A DNA stretch of 64,000 nt. It comes from an uncultured Bacteroides sp. Its GTDB lineage: Bacteria > Bacillota > Clostridia > Oscillospirales > Ruminococcaceae. A program made the translations under genes and the position numbers. Positions 37,270 to 45,447 of this stretch are shown here, one piece after another. The notes under the pieces are model-generated. The model saw nothing but the letters and a program-made list of their open reading frames with translations, did no database searches and was not told the DNA's origin. The stretch spans positions 2,607-66,606 of the forward strand of contig CAYJMH010000010.1 in the NCBI GenBank assembly GCA_964371535.1. Reading direction: 5' to 3'. Each line of letters opens with the position of its first letter. Position 1 is the stretch's first letter.

Positions 37270-38475
37270 GTGAATAAAAAGGTGAATGAACCACAACATA
37301 TAATTTATTTAGACAATGCGGCAACAACGCCTACACATAAAAGCGTGGTAGAGGCTATGGTACCTTATTTTAGCGAGATATACGGCAACCCTTCCAACAG
37401 CGAAATATACGAGATGGGCGCCGTTGCAAAAAATGCAATTGAAACGGCGCGCAGCAAAGTGGCGAAAGCAATTAATTGCAACGAGAATGAAGTATACTTT
37501 ACTAGCGGTGGGACAGAAAGCATAAACTGGGCGATACACGGTGCTGCAAAAGTGCTTGCGCAAAAGGGCAAAAAGCACCTTATAACAACTAAAATTGAGC
37601 ATCATGCCGTTTTGCACACAATGATAGAGCTTGAAAAACAGGGCTTTGAGGTGACGTACCTACCGGTTGATGGCGATGGTTTTGTTAGCCCTTCCGATGT
37701 AGAAAAAGCTATAAGGCAAGACACGGCACTTGTGTCTTGCATGTATGCTAATAATGAGATAGGAACAGTACAGCCCATAGAAGAAATTGGCGCAATTTGC
37801 AAAGCTAAAGGTGTGCTTTTGCACACAGACGCAGTACAGGCAGCCGGCGCTGTACTAATAGATGTGCAGGCACAAAACATAGACATGCTTAGCATGTCCG
37901 GGCACAAGTTTAACGGCCCAAAGGGCGTGGGTGCCTTGTATGTGCGCAAGGGCGTTAGTATTTACAATTTGCTTTTTGGGGGCTCGCAAGAGCGCAGGCG
38001 CCGCGCCGGGACAGAAAACGTTGCCGGCATTGTTGGGCTTGGCGCGGCAATTGAAATTAGTGCAAACGCCATAGAGGACAAACAAAAAAAGCTTTGTGAA
38101 ATGCGCGATTATGTTATAAATTACGCAGAGAAAAACATACCCAGCGTTATTTTGAATGGGCCTAAAGATTTAAGCAAGCGCCTTGCGGGCAATGTTAATT
38201 TGAGCTTTCCGGCTGCGGAAAGCGAGAGCATTTTGCTGTTTTTAAACATGAAGGGCATATGTGCGTCCAGTGGTAGCGCATGTACAAGCGGTGAGCTTGA
38301 CCCAAGCCATGTATTACTTGCAATTGGGCAAACCCATGCAGATGCAAACTGCAGTGTGCGCATTAGCTTTGGCGTGCAAAACACAATGCAAGAGGCAAAA
38401 AAACTTTGCGAAGAGCTTGAAAAAACGGTGGCCGAAGTGAGGCGCAGAAGCCCTATTTGGCCAATTAAAATTTAG
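37270..38475 (+). CDS. iscS: cysteine desulfurase (IscS/NifS)
   Basis: YLDNAATT, FTSGGTES, SGHKFNGPKG, SSGSACTS. Confidence 0.93.
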   Translation: MNKKVNEPQHIIYLDNAATTPTHKSVVEAMVPYFSEIYGNPSNSEIYEMGAVAKNAIETARSKVAKAINCNENEVYFTSGGTESINWAIHGAAKVLAQKGKKHLITTKIEHHAVLHTMIELEKQGFEVTYLPVDGDGFVSPSDVEKAIRQDTALVSCMYANNEIGTVQPIEEIGAICKAKGVLLHTDAVQAAGAVLIDVQAQNIDMLSMSGHKFNGPKGVGALYVRKGVSIYNLLFGGSQERRRRAGTENVAGIVGLGAAIEISANAIEDKQKKLCEMRDYVINYAEKNIPSVILNGPKDLSKRLAGNVNLSFPAAESESILLFLNMKGICASSGSACTSGELDPSHVLLAIGQTHADANCSVRISFGVQNTMQEAKKLCEELEKTVAEVRRRSPIWPIKI

Positions 38476-38562
38476 AACAGAAAGGCTGAGCATTAAAATT
38501 TACAACAACAGGCCGTGAACTTGGAATAAAGGCAGAATTATAAAAATTGAGAGGATTTATAT

Positions 38563-39000
38563 ATGTATAGCGAAAAAGTAATGGAACATTTTACAAACCC
38601 AAAAAATTTGGGTGAGATTGAAAACGCCGACGGCATTGGCGAGGCAGGAAATGCAAAGTGCGGCGACATAATGAAAATGTATTTGAAGATTGACGGTGAA
38701 GTTATAAGCGATGTTAAGTTCAAAACATTTGGTTGCGGTGCGGCAATTGCAACTTCAAGCATTGCAACAGAGATGATAAAAGGCAAAACAATAAGCGACG
38801 CATTGAAGCTTACAAACAAGGCAGTGGTTGAGGCACTGGAGGGCTTACCGCCTGTTAAAATTCATTGCAGTGTTTTGGCAGAGCAAGCGGTGAAACTTGC
38901 ATTATCAGACTATTATAAAAAGCAAGGCGTTGACCCTGAGCCGATAGTTGGCAAAATTGAAGATGCAGACCACAGCCACGATTTGGCATGTGGCGTTTAA
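38563..39000 (+). CDS. iscU: Fe-S cluster scaffold IscU/NifU-N
   Basis: GNAKCGDIM, KTFGCGAAIA, LPPVKIHCSVL. Confidence 0.93.
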   Translation: MYSEKVMEHFTNPKNLGEIENADGIGEAGNAKCGDIMKMYLKIDGEVISDVKFKTFGCGAAIATSSIATEMIKGKTISDALKLTNKAVVEALEGLPPVKIHCSVLAEQAVKLALSDYYKKQGVDPEPIVGKIEDADHSHDLACGV

Positions 39001-39094
39001 TACAAGTTTAAACTATATTTAGCGCTACACGCCCACACATGGCATTATTAATGTTATGTGTGGGCGTGTAGTAAAATTATGAAAATACAGAAAA

Positions 39095-40189
39095 ATGGTG
39101 ATGAAAATGAGTGATGAAATAGCATCGGGCAGTGGCTTTAGCACGTTTGAAGAGCGCGACAAAATTGTAGTTGGCTTTTCAGGCGGTGTAGATTCATCTG
39201 TGTGCGTTAAAATATTGAAAGAACAAGGCTTTGACGTTACTGCGGTGTTTATAATGTTCTCGAAAGCGCACGAAGCACATTTGGAGCAGGCAAAAAAAGT
39301 TGCCGAAGAACTAGGTGTGCCCTTTTTGGTTGAAAGCTGTGAAGAATTGTTCGAACAGAGTGTTATAGCACCTTTTTGCAAAGAATACAGCGATGGCGTA
39401 ACGCCAAGCCCATGTGTTATGTGTAACCCACTTGTAAAGTTTAAAACACTTGAAAACGTAGCAGACAGGTTAGGTATAAATTTTATTGCGACGGGGCATT
39501 ATGCGCGAATTGACGAAAAAGACGGCATATACTTTGTGCAGAAAGGCATAAGCGAGAAAAAAGACCAAAGCTACATGCTTTACAGGCTACCTCAAAATAT
39601 TTTGGCACGCCTATGTCTTCCAATAGGCGAGTTTATAAAGGAAGACGTGCGCGACATTGCAAGTGAGGCTAAACTCTCCAGTGCTAATACGCCCGACAGC
39701 CAAGAAATTTGCTTCATACCAAACGGCGGTTATGCAGAGTTTATAAAAGCAAAGGGCTATGACAGCGCAAAAAAAGGCCGCTTTATTGGCCCAAAAGGCG
39801 AAGATATGGGCGAACATAAGGGCATTTTGCACTACACGGTGGGGCAACGCAAAGGGCTTAATATTTCTTATAGCGAGCCAATATTTGTAAAGCGCATTTT
39901 GCAAAACGGCGACATTGAGCTTGCAATTTCAGGCGATGAGTTTTTTTGCGAAGTTGATGTAAAGGACACAGTGAAAACAGACGGCGGCAATTTTGCACAG
40001 GGCGAGGAATACACAGCCAAGGTGCGAAGCCGCGGCGCACTTAGCCCATGTACAATAAAAAGTGTAGGCGGTGAAATTGTTACAGTTAGCTTTAACGAGC
40101 CGCAACGTGCGCCTGCACCGGGCCAGTCGCTTGTTTTTTATAGCGGTGGTTTAGTTATGGGTGGCGGCGTTATTTGCGACATGCGGTGA
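39095..40189 (+). CDS. mnmA: tRNA 2-thiouridylase
   Basis: SGGVDS, PCVMCN, ATGHYA, KDQSY, DSQEICF, YTVGQRKG, PGQSLVFY. Confidence 0.93.
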   Translation: MVMKMSDEIASGSGFSTFEERDKIVVGFSGGVDSSVCVKILKEQGFDVTAVFIMFSKAHEAHLEQAKKVAEELGVPFLVESCEELFEQSVIAPFCKEYSDGVTPSPCVMCNPLVKFKTLENVADRLGINFIATGHYARIDEKDGIYFVQKGISEKKDQSYMLYRLPQNILARLCLPIGEFIKEDVRDIASEAKLSSANTPDSQEICFIPNGGYAEFIKAKGYDSAKKGRFIGPKGEDMGEHKGILHYTVGQRKGLNISYSEPIFVKRILQNGDIELAISGDEFFCEVDVKDTVKTDGGNFAQGEEYTAKVRSRGALSPCTIKSVGGEIVTVSFNEPQRAPAPGQSLVFYSGGLVMGGGVICDMR

Positions 40190-40254
40190 AGAAATGTGTG
40201 TTGAGATAATTGATGATTGTATTTATTTAAACAGTGCACTTATAATTTGAAATT

Positions 40255-40299
40255 AAAATGGCGTCTTTGGCGATGATTTCGCCAAAGACGCCATTTTTT
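40255..40299. terminator. bidirectional terminator
   Basis: AAAATGGCGTCTTTGGCGA-5 nt-TCGCCAAAGACGCCATTTTTT between convergent genes. Confidence 0.85.
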
Positions 40300-40307
40300 A
40301 CATGTGT

Positions 40308-42920
40308 TTAATTGCGTTTAGTTGCAGGCTTTTTAAAAGCACTTATAATGCCTTTTGCTATTTCCATAATTATTATTGGCGCAACGCTTAGCACAACTAC
40401 AAGTGCCAAATTTGCTGCGGGCAAACGCACCATATTGAACACGCCGGCAAGGAACGGCACAAAATATATTATTGCTTGAAGTGCTATTCCACCAAAAAGT
40501 GCATATATCAAATATTTGTTGTTTTTTATGCCCGTTTTAAACAGTGACGCACCGCTTTTCATGTTAAATGCGTGGAAAAGCTGGCCAAGCGCCAAAGTCA
40601 TAAACGCCATTGTTCCGGCAATCTCTTGCCCGGTTTGTGGCAGTAAATAAAGCCCTGCCACGTAAGCAAAAAGCGTAAGCGATGAAATCATAATACCCAT
40701 TAGCAATATTTTGGCAACTGTGTCTTTTGTAAAAAAGCCTGTTGCTGCGGGCATTGGCGGCCTTTTCATTATGTCGTTTTCAACGGGTTCAACGCCCAGT
40801 GCAAGCGCAGGTAAAGAGTCAGTAATTAAATTTACCCATAAAATTTGCGTTGGTAAAAGCGGCGAGCCTATGCCGATAAGCATTGCGGTGAACACTGTTA
40901 TAACTTCGCCCAAATTGCTTGATAATAGGAAAGATATGCACTTTTTAATATTTTGGTATATTGTGCGCCCCTCTTCAACGGCCGCAGTAATTGTTGCGAA
41001 ATTGTCGTCTGTCAAAATCATATCGGCCGCACCCTTAGACACCTCTGTGCCAGTAATGCCCATTGCACAGCCTATGTCTGCGGCTTTTAAAGCCGGCGCA
41101 TCGTTTACGCCGTCGCCTGTCATTGCAACAACTTGCCCTGCCGCTTTCCACGCTTTCACTATGCGTATTTTGTGTGCAGGCGAAACACGGGCATACACCC
41201 TAAAGTTTCTAATTTCTGCCGCAAGCTGCTGCTCGCTTAGCTCATCAAGTTCTGTGCCGGATATAACTTTGTGCGATTCATCGCTTAATATGCCAATGTT
41301 TTTTGCAATGGCAGTTGCTGTGTCCTTATGGTCGCCCGTAATCATAACGGCTGTAATGCCTGCTTCTTTGCATACAGAAACAGCTTGTTTTGCTTCTTTT
41401 CTCGGTGGGTCAATCATGCCTATCAGGCCTACAAATTTAAGCTCGCATTCGGCGTTCTCAGTGGTGAATTCTTGTGGAGTATCATCCCATTCCCTAATGG
41501 CAACTGCAAGAATGCGCAGTGCTTTGTCTGCCATTTCCTTGTTTGCGGCCATTATTTTTTGTGCGTCTGCACCGTTGCATCTCTCTAAAATTTGGTCTGG
41601 TGCGCCTTTTGTCACGCTGAAAATACGCCCTGCGCTTTTGTGCAGTGTTGTCATTAATTTCCTGTCAGAATCGAAAGGTATTTCGTCTATTCGTGCGCTT
41701 TCTTTGTCTGCATCGGGCTTGTTAAAACCAATTTCCATAAACGCGGCAACCATGGCTGTTTCTGTTGGGTCGCCAATATGTTTCAGTGTTCCGTCATCTT
41801 GCTTTTCAACTATGCCGTCGTTGCACAAAACTGCAAGTTTCAACACCTCGTTTGCATTGTCTTTATTTGCTTCAAGCTCGGTAATTTCGCCGTCGTAGTA
41901 TATGTCAACAACAGTCATTTGGTTAAGTGTAAGTGTGCCCGTTTTATCGCTGCAAACAACGCTTGCACTGCCAAGTGTTTCAACTGCAGGCAGTTTGCGT
42001 ATAATGGCATTGCGCTTAACAAGGCGCTGAACACCCATTGCAAGCACTATTGTCACAATTGCAGGCAGCCCTTCGGGTATGGCGGCAACTGCAAGCGAGA
42101 CGGCCGTCATAAATATTTCGACGAACGGCGTGTTATCTGCAATGCCTATTGCAAAAATTGCACCACATATAATAATTGCAAGAATACCTAAAAACGTACC
42201 TATTTGTGCAAGGCGTTTTTGAAGCGGCGTTAGTTCCTCTTTTTCGTTAGACAACGCCCCTGCAATTTTGCCGTTTTCTGTGGCCATGCCCGTTGCAACC
42301 GCAACGGCCCTTGCGTTGCCATACGTTGCAACAGTGCCGGAGTATATCATGTTTTTCCTGTCACCCAGCGGTATGTTCTCCTCAGAAATTATATCGTCGT
42401 GCTTTTCAACAGGCAAACTCTCGCCGGTAAGTGCCGACTCTATCACCTTTAAATTAGCACACTTTAATATTCTAGCATCAGCAGGCACCAAGTCGCCGGC
42501 CTCTACAAAAATAATGTCGCCTACAACTACGTTTTCGCTCGGTATAATGTCAAGTTTGCCGTCCCTGTACACTTTGGCGTTGGGCGCACTCATCTTTTTA
42601 AGCGCCTCTAATGATTTTTCGGCCTTACTTTCTTGTACAACGCCAAGCACAGCATTTACAATTACAACTATCAATATAACAATGCTGTCAACCGCATGGC
42701 CGCTTACAATATAAGAGACTGCGGCAGCAATTAACAGTATGATAATCATAAAATCTTTAAACTGCATTAAAAAGCGCATTAACAGTGTTGGTGGCTTTTT
42801 TTCTTCAAGTGCGTTTTTTCCGTTTTTAAGCAATAATTCTTGTGCCGTTTGTGTGCTAAGCCCGTTTGTTTCGTCTGTTTTCAGCTCGCTTAGCAATTTT
42901 TCTTTTTCCGTATTGTGCAT
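40308..42920 (-). CDS. P2A-type (Ca2+-like) cation-transporting P-type ATPase
   Basis: LTGES, AIPEGLP, CSDKTGTLT, KGAPD, MITGDH, TGDGVNDAPAL. Confidence 0.93.
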   Translation of the reverse strand: MHNTEKEKLLSELKTDETNGLSTQTAQELLLKNGKNALEEKKPPTLLMRFLMQFKDFMIIILLIAAAVSYIVSGHAVDSIVILIVVIVNAVLGVVQESKAEKSLEALKKMSAPNAKVYRDGKLDIIPSENVVVGDIIFVEAGDLVPADARILKCANLKVIESALTGESLPVEKHDDIISEENIPLGDRKNMIYSGTVATYGNARAVAVATGMATENGKIAGALSNEKEELTPLQKRLAQIGTFLGILAIIICGAIFAIGIADNTPFVEIFMTAVSLAVAAIPEGLPAIVTIVLAMGVQRLVKRNAIIRKLPAVETLGSASVVCSDKTGTLTLNQMTVVDIYYDGEITELEANKDNANEVLKLAVLCNDGIVEKQDDGTLKHIGDPTETAMVAAFMEIGFNKPDADKESARIDEIPFDSDRKLMTTLHKSAGRIFSVTKGAPDQILERCNGADAQKIMAANKEMADKALRILAVAIREWDDTPQEFTTENAECELKFVGLIGMIDPPRKEAKQAVSVCKEAGITAVMITGDHKDTATAIAKNIGILSDESHKVISGTELDELSEQQLAAEIRNFRVYARVSPAHKIRIVKAWKAAGQVVAMTGDGVNDAPALKAADIGCAMGITGTEVSKGAADMILTDDNFATITAAVEEGRTIYQNIKKCISFLLSSNLGEVITVFTAMLIGIGSPLLPTQILWVNLITDSLPALALGVEPVENDIMKRPPMPAATGFFTKDTVAKILLMGIMISSLTLFAYVAGLYLLPQTGQEIAGTMAFMTLALGQLFHAFNMKSGASLFKTGIKNNKYLIYALFGGIALQAIIYFVPFLAGVFNMVRLPAANLALVVVLSVAPIIIMEIAKGIISAFKKPATKRN

Positions 42921-43015
42921 GTGTTACTCCGTTCAAAAAATAAAATAGGTTTTAGTTCTAACGGCAATAAAAGCCGCTTATTTAATCTGTATTATAAGTT
43001 TAGCATATAACATTA

Positions 43016-43177
43016 TGGAGGTGTTGACTAAGTCGCCTTTACAAAAAGCGTCGGCAAAATTCCGTCATATTTCATAAAAATGCTCATTAATACATACAGT
43101 ATTGCTTGTGCTTTTTGTTTCATCTGACAAAAATTTTGCTCTAGTTTTTGCGAAGTCTTTGCTTGTCAACACCTCCA
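43016..43177. mobile_element. MITE-like non-autonomous element (162 bp)
   Basis: Terminal inverted repeats TGGAGGTGTTGAC / GTCAACACCTCCA, each flanked by TTA; internal imperfect inverted repeat; no ORF. Confidence 0.55.
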
Positions 43178-43495
43178 TTATATCATTATTGGAAAAAATA
43201 TCAATTACAAAATTAAAAAAATATTAAAGTTGCATTTATACAGTTTTTGCGTGTATTTAAATAATATGCAAAGCATTAAAAAGTATGGAACATTGAGATG
43301 TAAATGTAATATAATTTTCTAAAAATACATAATATAGTAGAAAAGTGCGGCGCAAACAGGAATTAAAATTTGCACAAAAAGGTACAAAATTTATACAAAA
43401 GGCTTTATTGTGCATTGACTTTTTAAACTTTTGCATGTTAACATTATAAATGTTGTTTTTAAAATAAAAAAATGAACGAACAGGAGAGAATATTT

Positions 43496-45319
43496 ATGTG
43501 CGGAATAGTTGGTTATACAGGGACTAAAACTGCAAAAGAAAAACTTGTTTCAGGCTTGCAGAGACTTGAATATCGTGGTTATGATTCAGCGGGAATATCG
43601 GTGTTTGAGCAAAACAAAATAAACACATATAAAACAAAAGGCAGGATTACAGAACTTGAAAATATACTTTCAAATGCAGCCGATGACGCAACATGCGGAA
43701 TTGGCCACACAAGGTGGGCCACACACGGTGTGCCGAATGATGTTAATGCACACCCGCATACTACTGAAAAGCTATCACTTGTGCACAACGGAATTATTGA
43801 GAACTATCTTGAAATAAAAGAGCTTTTAGTTGGTAAAGGATATACTTTTGTATCACAAACAGACACAGAGATTGCCGCAAAGCTTTTTGATTATAACTAT
43901 GACGGCGAGCCAATAAAAGCCATAATAAAAACAGTGAAAATGCTGGAGGGAGCCTTTGCCTTTGCTATTATGTTTAGTGGCTTTGAAAATGAGATATTTG
44001 CTACAAGGAAAGGAAGCCCGCTTGTTGTTACAAAGTCAGAAGACGGGCTTTTTTTGGCATCTGACATGCCGGCGGTGCTTGAGTACACAAATATGTACTA
44101 TACACTTGAATCTGGCGAAATTGCCCACCTAAATATTGTAGAGGGTGAAAAATTTTACAGCGAAAATGGTGAAGAAGTGACAAAAGAGATAAAAACATCG
44201 TCGCTTACATTCGAACAAGCTGAAAAAGGTGGGTTTGAACATTTCATGCTTAAAGAGATGTATGAACAGCCAAAAGCGCTAAAAAGTACATTAAGCCCAC
44301 GTGTCTCGGCAGACAACTTGCCGGACTTCACACCCGACGCAATACCTAGTAATTTTTTCAAGACGTTTGAGCACATACACATTGTTGCGTGCGGCACAGC
44401 GTACTATGCAGGCATAATAGGCGGGCAAATTATAAGCTCTTTTGCAGAAATTAACGTTACAGCTAACATTGCCTCTGAATTTAGATACTCGCCGCCAATT
44501 TTAAGCAAAAAAGACCTTGTTGTTTTAGTATCGCAGTCAGGTGAAACGGCAGACACACTTGCGGCACTGACACTTGCGAAAGAAAAGGGTGTGCCGACGC
44601 TGGCCATTGTAAATGTGGCAGGCTCTGCCATTGCGCTTGAAGCAGATTATGTAATTTATACATACGCAGGCCCTGAAATAGCTGTTGCAAGCACAAAAGC
44701 GTTTTCGGTTCAAGTTGCAACATTTTACCTTTTTGCAATTAAAACTGCACTTGAAAAAAATGTAATTACGCCGCAAACAGCGCAAGAGTATACTAAGCAG
44801 CTGATGGAAAGTGTTGCACAAATTAAAAGTGCGTTTGAGCTAAATGAGGTTTGCCTTGAAGTTTCTAAAACATTTTTAAATGCGAATAGCATGTTTTATA
44901 TTGGTAGAGGACGCGACAGTGTGCTATCGTTAGAAGGTGCATTGAAGTTGAAAGAAATTTCATACATTCACTGCGAGGCATATGCCGCAGGCGAACTTAA
45001 ACATGGCACCATATCGCTTATAACAGAAAACACACCTGTTATTGCACTGCTTACAGATGAGCGACTTGCACCTAAAACCATAAGCAACATGAAAGAGGTA
45101 AAGGCACGTGGTGGTAAAATTACGGCCATTGCACTGCGTGGTGTTGCTGTGCCTGAAGACGCATACGATTTGAAAATAGAAGTGGACTGTGAGCATAAAC
45201 TTTTTGGTCCACTTCATGCAATTGTGCCGTTGCAACTTCTAGCATATCACACTGCTTGCTTAAAAGGCTGCGACGTTGATAAACCGCGAAATCTTGCAAA
45301 AAGCGTTACAGTTGAATGA
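43496..45319 (+). CDS. glmS: glutamine--fructose-6-phosphate aminotransferase
   Basis: MCGIVG start, RLEYRGYDSAG, GHTRWATHG, SQSGETADT, PRNLAKSVTVE. Confidence 0.97.
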   Translation: MCGIVGYTGTKTAKEKLVSGLQRLEYRGYDSAGISVFEQNKINTYKTKGRITELENILSNAADDATCGIGHTRWATHGVPNDVNAHPHTTEKLSLVHNGIIENYLEIKELLVGKGYTFVSQTDTEIAAKLFDYNYDGEPIKAIIKTVKMLEGAFAFAIMFSGFENEIFATRKGSPLVVTKSEDGLFLASDMPAVLEYTNMYYTLESGEIAHLNIVEGEKFYSENGEEVTKEIKTSSLTFEQAEKGGFEHFMLKEMYEQPKALKSTLSPRVSADNLPDFTPDAIPSNFFKTFEHIHIVACGTAYYAGIIGGQIISSFAEINVTANIASEFRYSPPILSKKDLVVLVSQSGETADTLAALTLAKEKGVPTLAIVNVAGSAIALEADYVIYTYAGPEIAVASTKAFSVQVATFYLFAIKTALEKNVITPQTAQEYTKQLMESVAQIKSAFELNEVCLEVSKTFLNANSMFYIGRGRDSVLSLEGALKLKEISYIHCEAYAAGELKHGTISLITENTPVIALLTDERLAPKTISNMKEVKARGGKITAIALRGVAVPEDAYDLKIEVDCEHKLFGPLHAIVPLQLLAYHTACLKGCDVDKPRNLAKSVTVE

Positions 45320-45360
45320 CGAGTTCACAGTTAATTAACACAAGGTTTCGATAAAATTCG

Positions 45361-45389
45361 TTGACTTTTGCTCCCGAAAAGTTTATAAT
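45361..45389 (+). promoter_or_regulatory. sigma-A promoter of the activase operon
   Basis: TTGACT-17 nt-TATAAT. Confidence 0.65.
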
Positions 45390-45447
45390 GCCTATTTGAG
45401 ATTATAAAAGAACCGGCAGACAAGTTAGCCGTGAAGGGGCGTAAGTT

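Noticed and set aside
40711..41898. 395-aa antisense ORF
   Set aside because: Shadow of the P-type ATPase; Ser/Ala-rich with no recognisable domain.
43200..43495. glmS ribozyme upstream of glmS
   Set aside because: The AGCGCC..GACGAGG core is not visible and the region is AT-rich promoter-like DNA; an Infernal scan would settle it.
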